From a virus (lineage: Duplodnaviria > Caudoviricetes), in IMG/VR virus record IMGVR_UViG_3300036985_005960, positions 1,765-65,764 of that record: a stretch of DNA of 64,000 nt; one strand, 5' to 3'. A program made the translations under genes and the position numbers. Below are positions 13,701 to 20,900 of the stretch, piece by piece (position 1 is the stretch's first letter; each line of letters opens with the position of its first letter). Under the pieces are notes generated by a model. That model made no database searches and was not told the origin of the DNA. It was given only the letters and a program-made list of their open reading frames with translations.

Positions 13701-16444
13701 ATAAATTTGTTGATAACAAATGGATAGAACTTCCTGCCAATATATTAGATAGAGATATCGATATGAATCAATCTATAATAGGACTAAAACCAGGAGAAGT
13801 TAAATTTAACGGAGAAGGTAAAGCCTTAATTGTTGATAATCAAGGAGTACAATTTATTATGGAAATGATATATGAAAATCATGCTCCTATAAATAATTCT
13901 ACAAGTTTATCTTTAATTAATGATTTAGGTTTAGACTTTGATAATCTACCGGAATTTACATCTAGTTCATTTAATATTGCTAAGATTGTGAAAGTTGTAA
14001 ATAAGAAATCTACTTATGAATTTGCTCCTTCTCAAATGTTAGAATTAATTGATAAAGCTAATAAAGTAGAATTATCAGAAGAGCATAGAGAGTTATTTAA
14101 AAATGCAACACATATAATACCTATTGATATATTATCTAATATTACTACTCCTTCTTCAGAAAGAATTGTAAGTAATAACTATATAACAAATATCTTATCT
14201 AGTATAGATGATAATATTCATACTAATTATACTAATACTTCTGAGATAGTATTAATAGGAACTAAATTATCAGATAAGGTTTATAATACAGATTCTGTAC
14301 AATATGCTTTTGATAATCATAAATTTTTGATTGATAAAGCTATTGCTGCTGGGGCTTCATTTATTATTGGATCCGAAACTGGTATAGAAGCACAAGCTGT
14401 ATCTTATATACTTAGTAGCGGAACTTATAGTAGAGAAGGTAATAAGCTTGTAAAGAAACCAATTATAAGAGAAAATTCTACTACAAAAGTAATAGTAGAA
14501 ACTGATTTAGACATAAACAATTTTAATGCTAATAATGATATTAACAGAGGCCAAGGCTTTAGTGGATTGTTAGAGGCTAAATTAGGATTGAATAATAAAA
14601 CAAAGAATAATAAAGTGTTTGAGTTAGAGATTGATATGGATAATGAAGTAATACCTATGTCATCTACAATTAATAATTTTGAGTCTATACTTAGATCACA
14701 TACTACTATTGGAAATGTAGACAATGCTAGCGAAATTGAGATAGAAAATATGAACAATTCCTTAATTAGTGAAGAAGAATTGTTTCTTGAATCATTAATA
14801 AAATTGAACATATTAAATAAGTATAAAGAACAACATTCTTTACTTGATTCTCCAATTGAATCTATTAGTGATTTAGATAATAAATTTGATACTCTTAATA
14901 AAAATGATGAGTACATTGAGAAACACAATGAAGTATTCAAGATCTTTAATAAGGGTAGATTAAATATTGCTATTAGAAGCCGAGCAATAACGTTAAATTA
15001 TTTGAAGAATTATTTTCCAGAATTAATTGCTCCTAGCAAAGATTTAGAGTCTTTGAAAAAATCTAAATTACAATTTACTTATAGTGATACTTATAAAGAA
15101 TTTTTAAATTCATATAAACTTACAGAAAATAGTTTCAAAGAAATGTTAAGTTCTTCAACTACTGTAGAAGATTTATATAACATTTTAAGTACTACTGGAG
15201 ACAATATTATCTTAAACAATGGAATACCAGAAGGACAAATTGCTGCAAAGATTATCAGAAATAATTTGCCAAGAATAAAAGCATTGTCTAATTTTGATAC
15301 TTTATTTGTATTAGATTACTCTGCAATTTACGGAAGTCCTTTTAGCAATCAAGAAGATTTCACTAAAAAGAATAATAAATTAAAAATAACTAGTGGTAAT
15401 GAAGCTGAAATAAAATTAGCTTCTGCACCTAGATTTACACAAATGTTTAAATATTTAAAAGAATACGGATTAATTACTCCGGATATTTTGAATGATAAAA
15501 AATTAACTGTAGAACATAACAGACACAAAGTATCTTTAGATTTGTCTGAAGGTTCTCCAGAAGTTTCAATTAATAACGCAATTACAGAGATAAAAACTCT
15601 TATCTATGAATCCGTGAAGTCTCTTTATAATGAAACAATTACTAAGACTAACTTTACTAAAGCTGAAACACAAGGTGATGTTGTAGAATCATTCCATCTT
15701 AAACAAGATTTCTTAGCAAGTAAACATATTGCTAGAAATAGATCTTTGTGGGGTAATCCTTGGATTTATATGTTACAAAACAATAGATCAACTACTGAAG
15801 TACAGTTAGACGAAAAAGGAACTTTCTCTTTAGGGAAATATTCAGCTAAAACATCTGATGAATTATTTACTGTAACAACTCCAGGTAAACTAAATCAAGT
15901 AAGATTTATGCCAATTGCTCTTGAAGAAGCTGGTATATTCTTTTTAGCCCATAAATATGGATCCAATAACGCGGTTATAGTTGAATACTTAGGAAAACCA
16001 CATGGAATAGTTGATATAAATGATTTCTTTGATAAAGAAAATATTTTCAAAGAAGTTGCTAGAATTAACATTACTAAATCTTTAGATAATATAGTGCCTT
16101 TAAACAAAGCTGCATCTTACGGTTCTAAAGAAGGAAATATATTTGCTTTCTTGTATACAGGAAATAACGAGGAAAATATTGTTGACGGTCCATTTATTAT
16201 AGAAAAAGATGGAAAAAGAACTTTAGCGGTTAAATATTCTACTGTTGATCCGACTAAGATTATTGATAAGTATTTTATCGATGAGAAAGATAAGATGTTG
16301 ATTAGTGGACAAAAACATATTTGGACTTCATTTAGCAGTAATACAAATGGAATATTAGAAAATCCTGAAGTAAAACCTAAAAATAATTCAGTATTACCTA
16401 CTGAAAAAGAAATAGATGAACAACAGAAAAAATGTGAAGAATAG
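1703..16444 (+). CDS. Giant polyvalent virion RNA polymerase (crAss-like two-barrel RNAP) with long C-terminal extension
   Basis: 4913 aa. CRIPSQGKQSG at ~7070-7102 is followed by the catalytic-type LTGQDHDNDK (DxDxD at 7187-7201). Also TDAVCFVS, QKKASF, KSAEKTG, STPTQ and ATDNAKE motifs, resembling the phi14:2 gp66/crAss vRNAP family. Confidence 0.85.
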   Translation: MSKINKCIAAAYQINSNIDMALRFKASGKLGFNAMDYIADSILNNSPEFIKALIGKNDPENLELYKHYLDTVVTITTAKVARLSSTKFDNKITDAYSKLGIPMDTMRKELSDLIESKLSKIDLGIIDENKSLETLTQSNITGSEKDLTSTDATVEIKNNVDVIRDLGVLSFRPLPLINNSQANYTEIINHYFTSNPQLIEEFEKLFKDTFMNSIFDTNLYSETPYRNVNDAILNSKSIMESLAQGSSLTLENDIANYADSDVSIRNGYYAQIINNHFSNIASDLLPGIDFTKFDFNKENNSSISFSASMSSDSSYDMMNQFIKQLLLNTNKLSVNKQDLSTSMSTGNSRITESNINYALKTTHDLDQSDFDQWCKNFKYEIDILSNSEEKDILSSFYYKYFATEPYMVDNIAKQSLNYIAKNSDKISEEDRQNIHNIVTNTYNHFAGNLNAESNIFINDKITLTQHLHAEAASQLIESFKNGLVLYTGGTQTLKADVLKKISIEQNNENLIIKINKHEIKVSLNKNNGLTYIQVEEPLSDAVNASLMKILLGDNSLINKRPVLKDYIINNKGNDFELTNLIANIAWVLKSKQDPKAIQDIINSQQSNALKPVIFDSNQLDLKDTLFNAIDKGNSNSRSNIVPKLIESSKRISMAIKSKRLNLNRDIVSNIMKSNMMYSTESNIREVEKKAKEGVKTLLGNNLFVKRKFKVVQYYALEGLKIGDTSKTLSQLSEKEQQHLLISSFASSAITSNYRQGLVLLTIPSDKSNITAPLIESLGNNLDFMPVHNVNGFVTLNKPALVSQLIDTKKTFHTDLANQIVSLWKAEISKNMSSNVELLAKLNSVKDINELQNFAKENKIPVDILKSLTSEIHYKTAYSKDGNYAVIGDIFLSNYNTWNDPTKSSDKVKELERDFFNQLIKDGYYKNKKLTIDLPYDINKALSNRFPKNPTSSLLLSYFYASATMTSEVNNLVGASIYQFKDGERDSKSKIEKTAKILFDKKVAQAAIDKKSIDEAAVYEEVYASVRHNELYSNMYMNQIKRNAPLTSGIEKLRLASKKEKGLMFEKVAYSAVVEDNVSFVELLGALSPDLKQESTDAVCFVSWFYHKKMANSIGGVYSTNFEEDAPLKDITLSKDSVTGVLTIQKKASFKLSIEHLKNGSPLLQKAFIKMHNTIKFNNPFNTNGIICSSVYDVWVANGGWGNMQTAFEKTAEFLAENTEYRNQYIEILNFKSAEKTGNSSINSFESLNDLNQPLLYKEINMLNHGNILRAGHDTDTTDKTGNKSDLSTPTQIVTALGLEGATQDLSNEVYKALEHISINELNAFNEDIKDKAVHILQKKIETSDNTLNIGAEKIANIFLLVNKHKLHIKLSENEESELLGYLTEYSAIEAAKNYIFKDITKKALATRETHGPGTDLINKVNPDWGSLQLKSVLRTALASHLDSLTIKLKMSGGQHVVATAEKFLQVFTTPNGARLTRSSYNKVAPKNTLITKNNRHLYSFTDLVTVDNDPKLYAFGDLTEEILENNIVNGIDLESENLISELSFMKYFRYDENGKRLYFGTAESNTDVIYNQLKNAVTEGDRRNLEHEIQIILNKDHWITESTEFITPMMHLASYNLKTSDDITDIIGDVDVYAPNSEKEIINNSESFFRKRLNEIASNNLNLSLLVKSKNKQGLLLDLFSTRRNGELRIKLATTSGIVDIDKTIKNLKYNLKGVNSIEADTFISEIRESLKSTEQNILKAEGDPKDVSLYNSTLGLLGISAKAKQRLVIDKLAISQSNAFYKVLEFVTCRIPSQGKQSGTVGRSIGFINDTKNTFYTGVVFTKLTGQDHDNDKLNTVVLSVNEFGEIYDYTKYLDENGKISSDKQEEVKRNIITELSEKFKSESVSELSNRINNALASEKNYLINALKNYAYDKMKETFKSSKNAIESQTPISMDSIQSAVSKVGTIYETSKEDIEEDDKGISNLSAANFSPDNIAGVPSLIKILTVGKGVVGIAANNMKIFGAVFNANSQDIEKTYTRFFVNPEMENLPFAQSKEYMDLYKETFDLQNDYDSNNMSHTVKIFVEEKDGSVSVKKSDGIANIKSVNFEKSKDIAVIAVANKFYEENNSLVPDSEAFNDALELEVRKYLDAKNITTQQAWEYISELLSAATDNAKEFILGRIGADMSTSGIISNMLMLGFDLKTSIDLINNPTVQEIFKKSERTRELNYSGRAVGIREGIKEHIRTKAGKYTFDAETLNATNRAKASKNRYNKLLENKKNSVQFLSEGAKPFSALVQNDINSILSKDITVSPSEYATMCKKLTDKYPAYSFIRTSKLVSDNKNLRNLINIVKNSDTTYVLGYKQENDYKSVLAAAALYFNKTVYFLNAKGEVTDTINGSSLPVALGSNYSIINNLNVDLNPATINDSLFDENNGINSFDLMYTMQVESAKQEFEKAENFKALVLNKFLLDGPRQLLQFLDALDESRLLGGVLNINQGIKITDWEESAYLAKVQTSLENGTQSSLSQKIDDLLNNTNIPNNLHKFYNIPFVLSKNPHFLASIKVQLFNHIANNELNNIQNIITSLAQDFDSSTESTEDESLMMLNEYRMEKSYKSIAEIPYNYAIYKMYNRTDLPDDFKAISFKLENNTFSFNLSNAEERFSFLNTLPQIIDELKELHPALKNNLFLQSLRIDSLVDSFTGNSMPIIKTGNLMELEESERAKLKLSFDTLNNDKELEVKSLYNALVHYSIIMNKGGNDKNSFSLLINQLGNIFNEWHNTLSSLTKEEVLSAVSTTGDASILLSPESIMMKSTAQRQNVSFDDIDLTSDFEADLAEQGIFSRKSGNRKNKFLHAPKKTRTTPNIIRSKEYPDLVFMWGKDHNNEEKFMLITPKANPKSVILDFSNNNFGDLNRVGWQLGHTANIDQFRVGQVVYPIIGSNPEAYAVIVDNKWINVLKDDLKSFNPNMVFDGLRIGKRASNDSDTNETEDYKLSGLTKDLNMYIGGVSYRITEEIPSNTKKGDTIVKGQTVRYGQQNIPVDVEYLGNVSSDEILNTYFSGMSYEDKRLVERNKKNGKDQSYHVVQVKLLERPKIISSSSFLKVITDSKEANAVLEKGATYFMSKPELTKLNRGNNIISLGIGRNSQSFILSKINDSLYTLDEYVKYTGSLSTAALNLGISEYELTKKLANPEEKKTFIYKLYPYDSKSNFINSRQEINMVGKIDKPALEGVNIYQLKHTKLGSDLSEVFGYTLKDFSSSTSSRRDLEKVKQALKEQDSFDDSIIDNNIDLINSLISSSTNILFTNMKDNTSVGLKGNARLLNEFLELNKLSIDDVKNRFDSIKQSLNLNNKDLEIAFTLLSEHIEKNKSRNQSKNFTSYTNNLELQAAILSGKPLFVFNKNRDQWQEYNYKSNMFEDCNLPLFVGNEVTMSGVERQLESNHDLEILTSLLTHNNKFRELSDGTLGKFSVHGELSLSGVPINEEINSSINSYNSKSDSTEDFYTSKSDEMFLFKNEKNNPFISSSVSGDLIRKVITLDGQEFPLEDFREQENVVLTKYADGAVKIILTTSYGEVTYVSMSPELIAEYSNFTGEEQYDNFKFKIGDKYFIFNNILKIKDVRSFELRDQLKTEKEQLKKLGLIAADHFNNVITPLYKSLRFPKNADPSKSFRFKGIDSYNGFITWISSDNDFDFSEEEKVLVEKLIEENKKYKNMVQSTRDFVEALRAKFSSSLDAKASNISFTNPSTEVLVFLTDGFNFGQNTLIEKLQRDKGLSLALSNFDTQLAYDKTNSLFYLKLFTENKIADNGALIKSIGKLLYTAQEDLDKNKDLAKTFILDLPVNGLEEKVFGDMTGYDAGRAISRALSLLKSRNTWPSNLVLSSRLAEFVNSTDGFINLATINRTKPFEVVHLSSESNNIYNFRGADFMQRNMTSGSASTIASTWANWLGTESKNLYAASEIGSIVQSRFNGNEEKAFKSLLTLWAQQNPKAFNRIAFDIGNKSILDYYGKGNKFSVASALASVLNDKFVDNKWIELPANILDRDIDMNQSIIGLKPGEVKFNGEGKALIVDNQGVQFIMEMIYENHAPINNSTSLSLINDLGLDFDNLPEFTSSSFNIAKIVKVVNKKSTYEFAPSQMLELIDKANKVELSEEHRELFKNATHIIPIDILSNITTPSSERIVSNNYITNILSSIDDNIHTNYTNTSEIVLIGTKLSDKVYNTDSVQYAFDNHKFLIDKAIAAGASFIIGSETGIEAQAVSYILSSGTYSREGNKLVKKPIIRENSTTKVIVETDLDINNFNANNDINRGQGFSGLLEAKLGLNNKTKNNKVFELEIDMDNEVIPMSSTINNFESILRSHTTIGNVDNASEIEIENMNNSLISEEELFLESLIKLNILNKYKEQHSLLDSPIESISDLDNKFDTLNKNDEYIEKHNEVFKIFNKGRLNIAIRSRAITLNYLKNYFPELIAPSKDLESLKKSKLQFTYSDTYKEFLNSYKLTENSFKEMLSSSTTVEDLYNILSTTGDNIILNNGIPEGQIAAKIIRNNLPRIKALSNFDTLFVLDYSAIYGSPFSNQEDFTKKNNKLKITSGNEAEIKLASAPRFTQMFKYLKEYGLITPDILNDKKLTVEHNRHKVSLDLSEGSPEVSINNAITEIKTLIYESVKSLYNETITKTNFTKAETQGDVVESFHLKQDFLASKHIARNRSLWGNPWIYMLQNNRSTTEVQLDEKGTFSLGKYSAKTSDELFTVTTPGKLNQVRFMPIALEEAGIFFLAHKYGSNNAVIVEYLGKPHGIVDINDFFDKENIFKEVARINITKSLDNIVPLNKAASYGSKEGNIFAFLYTGNNEENIVDGPFIIEKDGKRTLAVKYSTVDPTKIIDKYFIDEKDKMLISGQKHIWTSFSSNTNGILENPEVKPKNNSVLPTEKEIDEQQKKCEE

Positions 16445-16497
16445 TTAGTGATAGATTTAAAAAAAATTATTAATATTAAATATAAGATACTAATAAA

Positions 16498-17922
16498 ATG
16501 ATAAATAGTTGCCCGTTAAAAACAAGTAAAGAGTGGAAGGAATTAGTCTTTCAAACAGACGAAAGAACTGCCTGGGGAACTTGGATGTACTTTAATGGAG
16601 ATTATCCTCCTACCTTTATGACAAAGGAAGAGTTTAAAAGCAAGCTTTTAATATCTCCGTCTATGTCAGGATCTAATATACTATCTTTAAAAGATAGACT
16701 TAGATTATATAATGAAGATAATGGAACATCACATTCTATTTTAACCCAAAAGACAAGAGGTTCAGACCAATACACTGTTAATCTCAATATGAGTTACTAT
16801 CCTATTGATTTAGAAATAACAAGAAAAGATCATTCTGAAAGCCTGGGATTAACAGGAGATTTAGTATCTGGTAATACCGATCATATAGTAAGTAAATATG
16901 AATTCAAAACAGCATCAGGAAAGTTATTCTCTACTAAACTTTATGATAATCAATTAATTGATCTTCATAAAACTATTAGTGCACTAAATAATAGTAATTT
17001 TGAGAATGGCATATCAGAGGTTTATTCTACAAAGAATAAAAGACAAATTGGAGAATCAAATCAATATACAATTGATATTGTAAAAAGTTACAAATCTTTA
17101 AATATAGATGACAAAATTGTACGTTCTATAGAAAAAGATTTTGATAAGAATACTTCATCTATAAGAACAGATGAGTTAATCAGATTAAAAGAGAAAACTA
17201 AAAGTAAAGAAGTAAAAAATTCTAAAACCTTACTATCTAAAAAAGTAATTTTATATCCAGTATTCAACAAATTATCTGCTTTATTAGACAATCTTATTAT
17301 CATAAAAAGTGGTAAAGATTTTTCTATGATTAGTGATGAATATAAAGATTTAGAATCCTTCTATTTTACCGATAAATTATATATAAATAGTGATAAGATT
17401 CATATGGATTCTCCATTATACTTATATGCTGGTAATTTATATTTAAATAATTTAAAAGAAAATAATCTTAGTGATTATAATAAATTACTTCTTGAGTGTT
17501 CAAGTCATCCTTTAGCTTCACAAATAAATAGTTTATATAATGATCTAAATACAGAGGAAAAAAATAGATTATTATTCAATTTGCTTTTAAAATTAGTAAA
17601 TACAAATCAAATTAGTTCAAATATATTGCCATTAGAAGATATAGAATCTGGTGTCAGATTAGAATTAACAAAAGTATTTTTAAATTCTAAATTGATAGAA
17701 GAAGGAAAGGAATTAAGTATAACTTTAAATAATTCTTTATCTCAAATATTAAAACAATTATCTAATAATGAACTATTTAGTAATCAAAGTTCTTTATTCG
17801 GTAACGAGAATCAATATACACAAGAACAAATTAAGCAATCTTTAAATGATACAATATCAGATAAAGAATTTGAGAAACAATTAATTGAAAATGGCTCTAT
17901 ACAAACCATTTGTAAAATATAA
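16498..17922 (+). CDS. Putative virion cargo protein with degenerate zincin-like region
   Basis: 474 aa. N-terminal SCP...EWKELV resembles crAss-like cargo proteins. LYINSDKIHMDSPLY segment; C-terminal TICKI. Confidence 0.55.
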   Translation: MINSCPLKTSKEWKELVFQTDERTAWGTWMYFNGDYPPTFMTKEEFKSKLLISPSMSGSNILSLKDRLRLYNEDNGTSHSILTQKTRGSDQYTVNLNMSYYPIDLEITRKDHSESLGLTGDLVSGNTDHIVSKYEFKTASGKLFSTKLYDNQLIDLHKTISALNNSNFENGISEVYSTKNKRQIGESNQYTIDIVKSYKSLNIDDKIVRSIEKDFDKNTSSIRTDELIRLKEKTKSKEVKNSKTLLSKKVILYPVFNKLSALLDNLIIIKSGKDFSMISDEYKDLESFYFTDKLYINSDKIHMDSPLYLYAGNLYLNNLKENNLSDYNKLLLECSSHPLASQINSLYNDLNTEEKNRLLFNLLLKLVNTNQISSNILPLEDIESGVRLELTKVFLNSKLIEEGKELSITLNNSLSQILKQLSNNELFSNQSSLFGNENQYTQEQIKQSLNDTISDKEFEKQLIENGSIQTICKI

Positions 17923-17925
17923 AAT

Positions 17926-20900
17926 ATGAAGACAGGTTGTGAAACAGTTTATTTAGATGAAAAAAATAATAGAGCTAGTGTATATTATAATAACTTACAT
18001 TTAGGTCATAATATAGCTTACTCTCAGTATCTTACTTATATGAAGGGTAAGGCAAACACAATTGTACAAAATAAAACTGTCAGTTTAGATACAATTTATC
18101 ATCAGCCTAAAAATGAAAAATTAGAGGGTGTTCGAAAGATGATAAATGATTCACAAACAGATGTGATGTCAGACGGAAAAATACATACAATAGCTGAAGA
18201 TATAGTGTACAGAATGAAAGCAAAGGAATTGATTATGTCTTCTCCTGCTTCTTACGATTATACAACTTCTCAGGCAAATAGTATTATAATTGATGATATA
18301 AAAATACAAATTAATGCTAAGGCTATTGATGATGCAAAGAAATTTTATTTATCAGAACCAGAGGCTTTAAAAGCTTCAATAGATACTGTTAAATATAACT
18401 GGTCTTTTCATACTGATGCTGGTATTAATATTGACAAATATGTAACTTCATTTCTTGAATCTTATAACAAAGCATTATTACAATCTGCAGAAGAACCTTC
18501 ATTAAAGCACTTATTAGATGAATTAGATTTAAGTAAAATCGCAACTGATAAAGCTAAAGAAACAATGCGAGAAAATGTATTAACAGTTTTTAAAGCATTA
18601 AAGAGTTTTGTAGATTCTCGTGGCCTAAAAAACTATGAGTTTATTCCACAATTTAGAATTAGCAATGAACAATTGCAAATGCAGGGTATAATGGATTTAG
18701 TTATACATGATAGAGATAATAATAGAGCTATTGTTATAGATTATAAATTCAAAGAAAAAGGTAAGGAATTTTTGTTTAATAGTAATGCTCTTGGTAAAAT
18801 GACAGGGCCTTTCAAAACATTATTTAACAATAAGAAAACTCAAGCTGAATTACAATTAAGTGGGTATAAATTATTATTAGAGAAAGCTGGACTACCAACA
18901 AATAATATTGATATATATGTATTACCTCTAATAGGTAAACCTATTAAAGAGAATGGTAAAATAACTGGATATGAAAGTATAGATCCGCCTAAATTTGAGC
19001 CATTAACATATCAAAGATCCTTAATAGGAAAATATCTAAAAGCTAAAAGAAAGATTGATATTGACGAAACTATAGTAGAAGAGAATGGAAAGCATAATTC
19101 TACAAAGGAATTATTATTAGATTTAACAAATGGTAAGATACAGCCAATAACTTACGATATGGATCATGATATTGATTATATCTTAAGAAATGGTGTTATA
19201 GTAGATGCAACAACCGGTAAGGAATATTTTAGAAATACATTTACTGAGAAAAAAGAATTTTTTACAAGTGATGATATTGATGATAGAAAAGTACAATTAA
19301 AAGAATATTTAAAAAATAAAGCGGAAGATAAAGATAAATTAGCTAATAATTTGATAAGCTTCTTTTACGAAAAAGAATGGCCGGGGGATGCTAATAATAA
19401 ATTTACTAAGGCTAAGACTTTGCAGGCTAAACAAATATTAGAAGGTTTAGATTCAAAGGATTTTACTTTACAACAAATAAAAAACCTTTATGGATTTGAA
19501 AATTATGATCCTAATATATTGGTTGCTATTAATAGCAAAACAGGTGAAGCCCGTTTAATTAATGCTTCAAATGAAATAAATAAAGTTATTAGATTTGGAG
19601 ACAAAAGAACTTCTATATTTGGTAAATATATGGAGGATAATACTATAGCTTCTATATATAAATTAACAGGGCTAGAATCTAATTCAAATAATTTTAAATT
19701 AATAGAATTAGCAATAACTGCATTAAAATTAAAACAAAGAAATTATATTAGTACAGTAGAGTCATTATTTGTTGGTACAATAAATGGTAATGCTAACCAA
19801 AACGTTCCTTCAGTATCTAGTATGTCAGATATAATTCCGCAATTAAAAATCATAAATGATATATCAGGAGATAATCTTAATAGCGAATTTAAAGAAATAT
19901 TATCTGATTCTTCTTTAGATTCAGGTAGTAATAAAATTGATTGTCTTAAAGAATTTATAAAACAAATTTCTATATCTTCTTCATACATACCTTTAAAGTC
20001 TTCTGATTTTAAGGATAAGATAAAAGCATCATACGATTTATATTTAAATGAGGAAATAAATAAACATGAGTTTTTGGCAAGATTAAATGAAGCACAAAAA
20101 ATAATGTATGCTTCATTAAAGCCAACAATTGTTGCTAATAATCCTCTATTACTTGCAAAGAACAAGGAATATAGCTTATTATGTGATGCTATCTTAAGTG
20201 TTGCTGAATTCTCTATTGATCCAGGTGCTCTTACTAGAAAGAGACAGATGAAAGATTCTTTTAATTTATATGGAAATCATGACAATCCAGTTATGCAACA
20301 AGTATACGTTATGGATCAAACGGCTCAACAAGAAGTTACAAGAAGATTCGAACATTTTTATGCAGAACATAACAAGTTAGTAAAAGCTTTAAAAGAAGAT
20401 TATAATAAGAGAAATCCTAATAAGTCAACTAGTATTACATCTGTTGATCAACACGAAATATTTGCTGATTTATATGTTCAAAATCCAAATGTAGAAGCTA
20501 AAGATTTTAACAACGCGTATAAATTAAAATCTTCTACTGATCCAACTTTAACAAAAGCACAAAAAGATTATATAAATTTCTTTAATGAAAAAATAAAATC
20601 CGGATTTGCATTATCACTTTCTTCAGAACAAATAGAGAAATTTGACGAAAACTGGGAGCTTGGTACAGTGCCAATTATATCGGCAAGCTCAGAAAATAGA
20701 ATGAGTAGAGCTGTTAATGCTGGTGAGAAGTTTAAAGTCTGGGGTAACACTTTAAAATATCAAGGTGTAAAACAAGCTAAAGATGTTGTTAATTCTTTAT
20801 TTTATGAAATAGATAGTAAGTTTGCAACACAACTTAGCACAGATAGTGGAGCTCAGGGTTCTAATCATAGAAGATCTAAACTAGGTATTGATAATGAAGG

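Noticed and set aside
1703-16444. Inteins as the cause of the RNAP's size
   Set aside because: No C...HN/C-S-T splice motifs or LAGLIDADG blocks were seen, and the protein is very Cys-poor.
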